A stretch of 63,983 nucleotides of DNA, filler included, from Fonticula-like sp. SCN 57-25 (taxonomy: Eukaryota): the NCBI GenBank assembly GCA_001724245.1. It is 10 parts of 10 records of this genome, joined end to end, with 100 filler letters (N's around TTAATTAATTAA, not from the genome) between each part and the next. Parts side by side here need not be neighbours in the genome. Positions count along the whole stretch, not along the records: positions 6,427 to 12,738 come from MEDX01000461.1; positions 12,839 to 19,622 come from MEDX01000462.1; positions 19,723 to 26,028 come from MEDX01000463.1; 7 more parts are not named here. One strand, given 5' to 3'. Numbering within the stretch: position 1 is the first letter of the stretch; every line of letters begins with the position of its first letter. Shown piece after piece: positions 11,499 to 22,700 of this stretch. The translations under genes were made by a program, and so were the position numbers. Below the pieces are notes generated by a model. It ran no database searches and was not told where the DNA came from. It worked only from the letters and a program-made list of their open reading frames with translations.

Positions 11499-12738
11499 CT
11501 ATGCGATACACTTTGGACACGTGGGCTGATCGTCCACGAGGCCAAACGGACTCGCATCCGGAATATGCGCCTTACATTTAAAGCAGTTAAAGTGCTCTGC
11601 ATGCCAATGCCTACTTTCAATGACACAAACCGCGCCTTCCCTGCACGGCTTTCCGCATTCCTGGCAAAGTGTCCCATTTCGGGTATGCCAATGCGTCTCA
11701 CAAAACGCCTCACCGTCGACCACGTGGTACGCACTGGTGCCTAGTGGCACGCTGCAGTCGCGGCACACAAAGCAATTGGGGTGGAAAGCGCGCTCAAAGG
11801 CAAAGACAGACGGGCCTTGAAGCACGTGATCACAGGCCGAGCAGCGGTGGCAATCGGCGTGGTACTTTTTTCCCATAAATTCGATATGCGACTCGGTGAT
11901 GAGATTGGCGCAGCGCGCACATGGCTCGCCAAAGAGGCGCGAATAGTCAGATTGGCAGTACACGTGGCCGTCGCGCTCGAAAAAGACGTCCTCGCCAATG
12001 GGGATCTCGCAGGCGGCGCAGCAAAAGTGCGCCATGTGCCATGCTTTGCCGAGGGCGCGCACGAAAACGTCGACTTGTTCGTTGCAGTGCGCGCAGCGGG
12101 GGCAAAACAGGTCCACGTAATCATTTTCGCAGTACGCTATGTTAAGTAATAAAATGAAATTTTCGTTAGATAAAGTGCCAAATTATTCCCATTCGTACCC
12201 TTGCGGCTGTCGGTCGCGTGGACAAAGTATGGCTCATTGTTGAATGGCTTGGCGCAGTGCGCGCACACAAAATGCTCCGCGTGAAAGATGGCGCCAAGCG
12301 CACTGACGCCCGTCTCTGTTGTCACAGGCTTGTGGCATTCCGCACAGTTTGCCGACCTCTGGTCCGTCATGAGCACGGCGCGCTGCTTGCGCTTGTTTGT
12401 CTTTGACCACGACTGCCACTTTGCGTCGCTCGCGAACCGCTCGGCCATGTCCTCGAGCAGCGCGCGCGTCGTCTCTTCGCGCTTGAATCCTGGCGCGTTC
12501 TGGTACGCCGCGTGCATTCCATTGACCATCTTTGTGAGCACGAGGTCGCGGAAGGAGCGCGCGTCGGCAAAGTCGGTCGCCTTGAGGGCGGGGCCAAAGG
12601 CGGGCACGTCGCTCTTGACCGCCATGCCGAGCGAGTAGCGCTGCGTTTCGGCCGCGGGCGCGTCGTCGGGGCGAACAGCGCACAGCACGTGGTTCACCTT
12701 GCTCGACGCGAGCGACGGCAGAAAGGCGCGCGTGCTCT
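11499..12738 (-). CDS. Rap/Ran-GAP domain C-terminus fused to about 4.5 paxillin-type LIM domains, 5' truncated
   Basis: KSDVPAFGP...FRDLVLTKMVNGMHAAY...TRALLEDM, followed in frame by LIM repeats (CAEC..FHAEHFVCAHC and others); one intron at about 12136-12197. Confidence 0.82.
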
Positions 12739-12838
12739 NNNNNNNNNNNNNNNNNNNNNNNNNNNNNNNNNNNNNNNNNNNNTTAATTAATTAANNNNNN
12801 NNNNNNNNNNNNNNNNNNNNNNNNNNNNNNNNNNNNNN

Positions 12839-12922
12839 AAAATTGGCGTCGCGGGACGAAGCCGAAGCCGCCAACTGGCGAATGCCGCACAGCGCAGGCC
12901 GCCTCGCGGATGCCACGAGCAT
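12839..12922 (-). CDS. Possible 5' end of a mitochondrially targeted protein, cut by the contig edge
   Basis: accATG then MLVASARRPALCGIRQLAASASSR (Arg/Ala/Ser-rich, no acidic residues); four AATCAG copies upstream. Confidence 0.35.
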
Positions 12923-13306
12923 GGTCGGAGGACACGGACGGGAGCCGGTTCAACGTGATAGCGGGAATCAGGCAGAATCAGACACAATCAGATATAATCA
13001 GAAGATGACGTGGGTCAGAATTTTGGCGTACATACTTGAGTAAAGGCCAAAAAGGGCAAAAATACAGTTTAAAAAAGCATTATTATCATGCGCATATACT
13101 GTTCATTTGATGATAAAATTGATTCATGGACATTTTTCTTTTGAGATCTGTGCATCAACTTAAGCATCACGAAGGTGATGTCCGCTGCTACCATGCGATC
13201 CTTAACAATACTTTTGAATAAGAATTTTATATTAAAACTACTGAGGCGATGCCATCCACCTACTCTACAGCATCCCTATCACGCAAACGTACATTCTCGC
13301 TACTGC

Positions 13307-14833
13307 TCAAGCAAGGAGCGGCTCCTTTGCAGCGTTGAGCGGCTTCATATCCTCTGACGCAAACTTTTCCTTTGCCGCCATATCCTCTGACGCAAACTTT
13401 TCCTTTGCCGCCCTCTTCTCCATCTGCGAGATAGCGAGCCACGTGATCAGCCCACCAACCAGCGCGCCGCCGAGCGCGAGCGCCGTCCCCGTGATGGCGT
13501 TGACGGCGGTGTTTGGCCCGGGGCACGGCAGCGGCTCTGTCGGCGCGGGGGTCGTCGGCGCGGGGGTGGTCGGCGCGGGCGTCGTCGGGACGGGCGTCGT
13601 CGGGACGAGCGTCGACGCGACGTACGCCGCGCCCATGAGGTTTGTGTCAAAGCGCGCGCCAACGGCGGCGATCGTCGCGGTCGTCGCGGCCGCAAAGCCA
13701 AACCCGTCAAAGTAGCTCTCGTAGGTAAACTGGTTCGTGCAGCCCGTCTGGCTCGAGCACGTGTACATGTAGAGGCGGCTCGGCGACGTCTCGGTGTGGT
13801 CGACCGGCGAGCCGATAAAGAGCTTTGTGCCGGTCATGGCGACGGCCTGGCCAAACTTTTCGGCCGCCGAGCCGGGGTTGTCAATGCGGAGCTGCTGCGC
13901 GCAGTCCAGCTCGGCGCCGCAGTTGAAAATGTAGACGGAGCCGGTGGGGCCGCCGGGGCTGACGCGGCGGTTGCGCGCGGCGACGGCGACGAGATCGCCG
14001 CTCACGGCGACGGGGGCGCCAAACATTTCGCTGCTGAGGCCGTTCGTGGCGGTCAGCATGCGGCGCTCGGTGCACTCGGTCTCGGTGCAGCGGAACACAA
14101 AGGCGGCGCCGCGGTAGTTTTGGGACTCAATCGTCTTTTCCTGCGCGCCGATCACGACAGTGCTGCCAGAGATGGCAACGTACGAGCCAAAGCGATCGCG
14201 GCTGTCCGAGCCGCGATTAGAGCCCATAATCTGGTGGAGCAGCGTGCACTGCGCGTCGGGCGGGCAGCTGTACACAAAGGCAGATCCGGCCTGGAGCATG
14301 TCGGAGCCGGTCTTGCGGGGCGCGCCGACGACGAGCATGGTGCCTGAGACGGCGATCGAGCTGCCAAACATCTCGTTGGCGTTGCCGGTGTGGTCCTTGA
14401 TGTGCTGTGACTGCACGCACGACGTGCTGTTGCCGCTGCCGCTGCAGTGGAAGACAAAGACGGCACCCTCGCTCGGGTTCACATCGCTGTTCTTGACAGG
14501 AGACGCAACAAAGACAGTGTTGCCGCTGACGGCAACGCCGCTCTCATCGCCAAAGCGGTCGGACTGAGAGCCGCCAGTGACAACAAGCTTTGACACAAGC
14601 TCGCACGCGGAAGGATCCTCGCACGAGTAGACGTACGCGCCGCCATGATTCTGCAAACCACCCACCTCCATGCCGGGCGCGCCGACAACAACAGTGTTGC
14701 CATTGATGGCAATAGATGAGCCGAAATACTCGGGGTACTTGGCGTCGGGGAATATCTTTGTGAGAGGGTCCACATTCGAGGAGGCGACGGCACACGCAAG
14801 GGCGGCCACGCAGAGGAACGCGCCGAGACGCAT
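13307..14833 (-). CDS. Type-I membrane protein with 7 FG-GAP repeats (integrin-alpha-like propeller), Pro/Thr stalk, TM helix and short tail
   Basis: Signal peptide MRLGAFLCVAALACAVASS; 7x FG.svA....vvGAP..G.ayvy; (PTTPA)n stalk; hydrophobic GTALALGGALVGGLITWLAI; no introns. Confidence 0.85.
   Translation of the reverse strand: MRLGAFLCVAALACAVASSNVDPLTKIFPDAKYPEYFGSSIAINGNTVVVGAPGMEVGGLQNHGGAYVYSCEDPSACELVSKLVVTGGSQSDRFGDESGVAVSGNTVFVASPVKNSDVNPSEGAVFVFHCSGSGNSTSCVQSQHIKDHTGNANEMFGSSIAVSGTMLVVGAPRKTGSDMLQAGSAFVYSCPPDAQCTLLHQIMGSNRGSDSRDRFGSYVAISGSTVVIGAQEKTIESQNYRGAAFVFRCTETECTERRMLTATNGLSSEMFGAPVAVSGDLVAVAARNRRVSPGGPTGSVYIFNCGAELDCAQQLRIDNPGSAAEKFGQAVAMTGTKLFIGSPVDHTETSPSRLYMYTCSSQTGCTNQFTYESYFDGFGFAAATTATIAAVGARFDTNLMGAAYVASTLVPTTPVPTTPAPTTPAPTTPAPTEPLPCPGPNTAVNAITGTALALGGALVGGLITWLAISQMEKRAAKEKFASEDMAAKEKFASEDMKPLNAAKEPLLA
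13346..13411. repeat. Exact 33-bp tandem duplication (AAKEKFASEDM x2)
   Basis: catatcctctgacgcaaacttttcctttgccgc occurs twice. Confidence 0.95.
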
Positions 14834-15227
14834 GGCTGCGGAAGGGACAGGCGACGTCGGCCAGGCACTTCGGTCAAACACAACAAAAAAGAGTCTGCCC
14901 CAGAGTCGGGGTGTTTGCCCTGGAATCCGGTCTGGAATCTGGTCCGGAATCTGGCCCTGAAGGCTTTGGAGATCGATCGACACTAAACCCCCTCACAGGG
15001 ACCGACATGCGATGCGGAGCCATATATACATAAGGTTATCAAATGAAACGCATGAAAGTGTACTGGAAAACGCAAATGATATGAAAAAGTGGTCCTTTTT
15101 GCTTTAAAATTGTTGTCACTATCATTGTGAAAAGATCAATTTCCATATTACCGGCTGCTCTGTGCCCGATCATATCTCTGCGCATCTCTATTAAAACAAC
15201 AATAGTACTGCCAAACTGCCGTCTTTC

Positions 15228-16162
<935 letters not shown>

Positions 16163-16452
16163 TGTGTTGTTGCTAGCGGCAGAACACGTCTCGCGGCGGT
16201 TTCGTCTCAAAGGGATCTGAAATCCAATATAGTTGATAGTAAAATCATCTTTGGTAAAAATATCAGTGTGAGACGAAAATCGCAAATATTGGATTGTTTA
16301 TGAAAAGTCGAGTAGATAAAATTACATTCGCATACGTAAATGTGGCAAATTGCGCATGCTTAGAAGCGCAATATAAATACAAGTACAATAAAAATACAAA
16401 AATGCACAAAAGTGCCCAAAAATCGCAGAAAAATACACCAAAAACTCCATTT

Positions 16453-18007
16453 TCACTTTGACTCGAATGTCCACTCGTGCAGACTCCCATTCTCCGCCAC
16501 GGCGATGATCCTCTCCTCATCAAAAAACAGCGACTTTACCGGCGCGCCGCACCCCTCTAGCGACGTGTGGCACTCTCCCGTGTCCAGCGCCCACACCCTC
16601 ACACTGCGATCATTCGATCCGCTGACCACCTTGAACGAGTCAAACTCGAGGCACGTCACGGCGCCCGTATGGCCGAAAAGTGCGCGCGCATGACGAAGCG
16701 GCTATTGCAAACTGAGTCAGTTTGTATTATAAAGACAAAATGAATACGACGCACGTGACGGCCGTCGGCCACCCAAATATGAATTGTATTGTCGCCGTGC
16801 CCCGTCACGACCACAGCTCGACCAGCTCTATAGGAAATTCATTAGAAAAACAGCAAAGAAACTGTAATACGTACGCGTCACACCGCATTCGAAGACAAAT
16901 TACCGTACCACGTGGCCCCGCCACACTCAGCGGCGGCGGTCTTTCCCACTTTGCCCTCTTTTTCCCCCTCTCCTCCTGCTCCTCCTGCAGGTGCACCGCA
17001 CTCGCCGTGCCACCCAATAGCAGCGCGCCGCTCGTGAACCGCACGCGCTCACAGCAAATAAGCTGCGCGCGCGAATTGTACCACGTGGTCGACACGTAGC
17101 AAACTGCGACTGCAAACTCATCACGTGAGCGTCTCTCGAGCGCGACGGCGACGGGCGACTCGCAGTGCGTGCCGCGCAGCTGGTGGAGGCGCCGACACGT
17201 GGCCGCAGAGGCTGGAACGCCCCACACTTCCAAGAGGTTGTCTTTGCTGACAGACGCGACAAAGCCGCCGAGGAGCGCGACGGCGGCGAGCGGCGCGGTG
17301 TCGCCGGCGGGGCGCGGGGGGCTGCGCGCGCGCTCGGCGGCGAGAGAGACGCTGAATACGGTGAAGCGGCCGTCGGCGAGGCCAAGGACGAGCGAGTCAC
17401 CAGAGGCGGATGTGTGCCATGAGTCGGAAGAGGATGAGGAGACGGACACGCAGGTGATGCGCGCGCCGGCATCGAGGCGGCGGGGAGGGGAGCCGCGAAG
17501 GTAGAGTGTGATGTGAGAGGCGGAGGGATCGAGTGTCGCGACGCCGCCGGGGACAGTGTAGACGCGCGGTGCGGCTGTTACCTGCGCTGCAGGCCAGTTG
17601 ATCAGTGCGGCGAGCGACGATGAAGACGCATCGGGGCGGTACGCGCCAGAGAGCCAATTGTGACGCAGCGTAAACATCGACTTCCAGCGATGGCCGGAAG
17701 CGGAATCGAGCTGAGGGGGAGGAGAGGGTGGGCGCTTGAGGCCGCGGCGGCGGGGGACGTGGAACTGCCAGCCGCTCACGAAGCGGCCGGTGGCGTGCGC
17801 CTGGTACAGGGATCGCGCATCGGCGAGGCGCAGGCCATCGTCGACATGAACGGAAAAGGTTTGGAGAAAGAGAACGCGCCAGAGATATTCGTCGTCCGCC
17901 ACGCGGTGCCACTGGCGGCACACTTGTGCGCAGGTGCACAAATCCCGCGCGTCTAGGAAGAGAAACAGCTTGAGAACAAGCTCATCGCTCAGCCGCGACG
18001 CCGACAT
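16453..18007 (-). CDS. F-box/WD40-repeat protein
   Basis: F-box LSDELVLKLFLFLDARDLCTCAQVCRQW; WD repeat GHTGAVTCLEFDSFKVVSGSNDRSVRVW. Confidence 0.85.
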
Positions 18008-18121
18008 GCCGCCGTGCTGACCGCAACACTAAACTGCAAACTGCAAATTGATTGTGCAAACTACCAACAGTTTGCACATTTTGATTTCGCGCGCATTTTT
18101 CGCGGTTTGAACGCGTCGCGC

Positions 18122-19622
18122 ATGATGTCGGCGGAGCCACCGCGGCGATCCGGTCGCGCGAGCGCCGACGCTGCGGCTCTGCGCATGCGCTCGTACTTTA
18201 CGCCTTCAGGTGCGCCGGCGGCCGTTTCTCTCACGTCTGCCGAGCCTGCAGCGCCCAAGCCCGGGCATCCCTTTTTCCAACCGAAATCGGCCGATGCCCC
18301 CGCGGCTCCCCCAGCCAATGCGGCGCCAATCGAAATATCCGACGCGCCTGTGCCGTCGGCTTCTCCCCCAGCGGCGCAGCTGGACGCCAAGCGCGTTCAC
18401 CCGATGTTTATGACGCTTCAGCAGCGCCTCGAGAAGCAGCATGCGAATCTCAAGCAGAGCATTGATCAGTCGCGTCAGTGGGATTCCGATGCGCGTTCCG
18501 GCCGCGAACTGCATCCCTTCCTGCAGCCGCGCGCTCTCCCCGCGCAGACCAACAAGCCATCGCTCTCCTCGTCGTCCTCGCTGCACCCCGTCGCCGACAT
18601 CCCCGCGCCGCTGCCATCGTGCCTCAACGTCCACGTCGGCGGATCAGCGCCGGAATCCCGCACGCAGCCGATCCTCCCCGCGCGATCGTCCTCGCCGCTC
18701 AAAATGTTTCCCGCAACGCCCTTTTCTCTGTGCGACCTTTCAACGCCATCATCGGAACCGCTGCCGCGCGCCAACGATGCCGATGTGCCTCTCGATGCCG
18801 CCTTGGCCGCTCTCGAATATCGCTTTTCCGCAATCGCGACATCGCCCGCGTGCAAACGCGTACGAATTATTTGTCATATTCAAATTGAAAGAAAAACTAA
18901 TTTTATTACGTCAGCTTTTATCGATTCTTCGCGGCACCGCCCCGCGCCCATCACTTGATCTCCTCCCCTGGCCCGAGCGGCATCACCCCACGCGCATCCC
19001 CGACGTCCTCGGCAACGCCGCCGCCTGCGATCGCCTCCTCACGTGGCTCTCCTCCTTTTCCCTCCCCCCCCCCGACACCGCCGCCGACGATGACGACATG
19101 TCCGATTTCGAATCGCCGCATCCCATCGGCATCCGCCATCACCCCCTTCGCGGCAGCGGCGTGCTGATCGTCGGCCCGAGCGGGAGCGGCAAGACCGCCG
19201 CCGTGTACGCCGCCGCGCAGCAGCTCGGCCTTTCCGTCATCGAAATCAACGCGGCGCAGCGCAGAAGTGGCCGCGACATTGTCGAGCTGATCGGCGAATC
19301 GACGCAGTCGCATCGGCTCATCTTGCCGGGCGAGACCGAAAAAGGAAAGGAAAAAGAGGAAAAGGAAAAGGAAAAGGAAATAGTAAAGGAAAAAGAGGTG
19401 AAGGGAAAGAGAAAGGGCGGGAAAGGAAGGCTGGAATTGTCGCTAAAGAGGCAGCGACACGTAATCAAAATTGATGAAGAAGATGATCACGAGATCATTG
19501 ACGTCGAGTCTGTCGACAATACGAGCAATTCTGTTTCTTCCCAAGACACAAATTCATCAAATATTAACAATATTACAAGCTCACAATCATTAAATTCTCC
19601 TTCTTTTTCCGCTCCTTCTGAT
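18122..19622 (+). CDS. ATAD5: ATAD5/Elg1 alternative RFC large subunit, 3' truncated
   Basis: Walker A GPSGSGKTAAVYAAAQQLGLSVIEINAAQRRSGRDI..IGESTQSH; intron at about 18860-18914. Confidence 0.85.
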
Positions 19623-19722
19623 NNNNNNNNNNNNNNNNNNNNNNNNNNNNNNNNNNNNNNNNNNNNTTAATTAATTAANNNNNNNNNNNNNNNNNNNNNN
19701 NNNNNNNNNNNNNNNNNNNNNN

Positions 19723-22700
19723 CGGCACTTGCCCATCATCATCAAGTATAAAGTGAAGGCGTGCACGTGTTAGTGAAAGTTGTCCACGTGACATGCGATG
19801 ACTGCGCATATGGTCTGATAGGAGGTAGAGGGAGAGGGAAGAGGATATGATGGTGGGGGGGAAGCGATGGGAGAGGAGAGATATAACAGAAGATACATTA
19901 TAGTCATTTGCTTTGTAGGCTATTAAAGGGGTTAGTAAAGATATGGGATAAGAATGGGACAATGAAAAAGATACTGAAAGGGACATTGAAAGGGACATTG
20001 AAAGGGACAATCAAGAAAGACACTTGACAAAATATTTAAAAAGTACACAAATGACACTATTAAGACACTCTACACATACTCAGTAACACTCTACAATCAC
20101 TCTACATTCACCCATAAATCACTTGAAACACACTTCAACTATACATCAAACACACTCTAAATACACATCAACTACACATCAAACACACTATAAATACACA
20201 TCAACTACATATCAAACACACTTTAAATACACATCAAATACACTTTAAACACACTCTTCACTATCCATTTCCCTTCCACTTTCCACTTTCGCACCCTCAA
20301 TCATCTCCTGCACATCCTCATACGCCATCTTCCCCCTCGACCTAATCACCGTCCTCCCAAACCACTCTTTAATTATTTCTCCTTCTTTAGTCATAACATA
20401 AACAACACTGAATGCCAATCTATCCACGTGGGCATTCAATGAACATAAATCCTCACACAGTACACGTGGCAGCATGTGGATGGCACGCTGAACGAGGTAG
20501 ATGGTTGTGCCACGTGATAGGGCGGCGAGGTCGAGGGGGGAGGAGGGGGGGATAAAGTGGCTGACGTCGGCGATGTGAACGCCAACTTCATATGTGCCAT
20601 CGGGGAGTCTGAAAGGGAGTGGGTGAGAAGATGGGTTAATATGGGGGAGAAAAGGGTGGTGAATATGATAATATGGGATGTGAAAGTATGTAATATGACA
20701 TAAAAGGACACACATTATGAGACATCAAATATGACACTAGTATGACACACATATGACACAAAAGAACACAAGGACACACGAAGAACATCAAATATGACAC
20801 AAGTATGTCTCAAATATATCTTATGTATGTCTCAAGTACGTATCAAATATGACACAAGAAGAACAACAAATATGACACAAGTATGTCTCATGTATGACTC
20901 ATGTATGACTCAAGTATGTCACAAATACACAATAATTCCTCAAAATAAATCCCATTTACCCCTCTATTCCCCCTCAATTCCCACTATACGCACTCCCTGA
21001 TATGCAGTGCATCGTCAAGGTCCCTCGCCGTCTTTGGATCAATCGAAAACACCTCCACATCCCTCATATCCCTCCTCTTTCGCATCTCTTCTTCCGGAAT
21101 CACCCACGGAACACGTGGCAAGTCACCCAAAATAGCATCATCAAACCCACTATAAGTAACATTCTGCGACAGTAATAGCGCTGCTGTTTGGACTTCGACG
21201 CTGCCAATGTCGCCCATTTCGTCTATGAATGTGCCACTGGGTAGCTGAGAATTGTCACCCCAGTCGGAAATGGTGACTGCGATGAGACGCCTAGCAAGTT
21301 GTTCGGGGCCGCCTTCAAGGACACGTGGCGGCAAAGAAGACTTGTTTAGCCACACGTGGGGGTAGCGCTGGTCGATCGGCTCGAGCTCAGCGCGCTTGTC
21401 ATTGGCTGGTGTCAGGCCCGATTTGGAAAGAAGGCGGCCAACCACAGTGCGGTGCGGCGAGCGAGCAATGATCGCTACCACTTGGCCACATGGCTGTTTC
21501 ACACTGTTGTCCACGTGGTCAGGTGATGCGATGACGTCATCGAGGGAGAGGTCGTCCATCAGTTCGTCCACGTGGGCGGAAAGTGAATTATTTTTGTCTC
21601 GGTGTGCGTGTGCAAACTTGCCCTGGCGTGTATGAAAGCGGCTCGCGTCGGCAAGCTTGATGGCAACAGTGTCGCCGTCAAGCGCCCTATTATGATACTT
21701 GGCACCGCTTAATAGGACGTCAGAAGAGAGGCCAGGGACGGCGCAGAATGCCATTTTGGGGTTTTTGGGGTTGACGCGAAGAGTGCCTTGGACAAGTTGG
21801 CCGGATTTCAGTTGAGCATCTACTTCGGATGGGGAAAGATGAGGTTCATATATGGTGCGACGAGGGGTGTGGGCGCGCTTGGAAGGAGTCACGTGACGTG
21901 AGGGGGTGGAAGGAGTCACGTGATGGGGAGTGGAAGGAGTCACGTGATGGGGAGTGGCGGGACCGGTGTGACGCTGGGGAGTGCTTGGGTTGGCCACATG
22001 GTCGGTCTTGTGCTTTGATGATGCCACGTGGTCAGTCTTGTGCTTAGATGCTGCCACGTGGTCAGTCTTGACAGAATGCTTGGGCGATGCCACGTGGTCT
22101 GCCTTTGACTTGGCTGCCACGTGATCGGCCTTGCTCGCATGCTTGGATTCCACATGGTCAGCCTTTGAAGCGTGCTTGGGCGATGCAGCCACGTGGTCAG
22201 CCTTTGAAGCGTGCTTGGCCGTTTCGACCACGTGGTCATGAGTGGTCCTTCTGAGTGTTCCGATTGGGTAGCCTGGAATGACACCCCACTGAAGTGTCTC
22301 ATAATTGGCATAGTGCGTCTCGGTCATGTTTTTAGAGATTTCTATCAATAAAGGTAAGAAAAAGGCGCGAAAAAAGAAGGAAAAAGGTGCGAAAAAAGAA
22401 GGAAAAAAAGCAAATTCGTACGATTGAATGAATGCGTGTCAACATAGACAATGCACGGCCGAAGCGCATTCTTTGCATTTGGCGTAAATAAGAGCGGAAT
22501 TCTGTCATCATTCTGCGGCATATTGGCCATAACCGAGAGGGTTCCCGGAACGGCCTTTTCGCGGCGCGCCACTTCAGTCACGTGGACAACTTTGCCGACA
22601 AGAACGTCTTGTCCGGGTTCGTATTCAACAACAACAGAGTCGAGGACTTGTGCGCGATTGCAGTCTTCAAGTGACATGATGTTTACGCGAACGCCGTCCT

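Noticed and set aside
11499-14833. Apparent adhesion cluster (RapGAP-LIM next to the FG-GAP receptor)
   Set aside because: The genes are separated by a contig linker, so adjacency is not biological
16708-16724. Palindrome CAAACTGAGTCAGTTTG
   Set aside because: Overlaps the CTGAC branch site and acceptor of an F-box gene intron; may be coincidental
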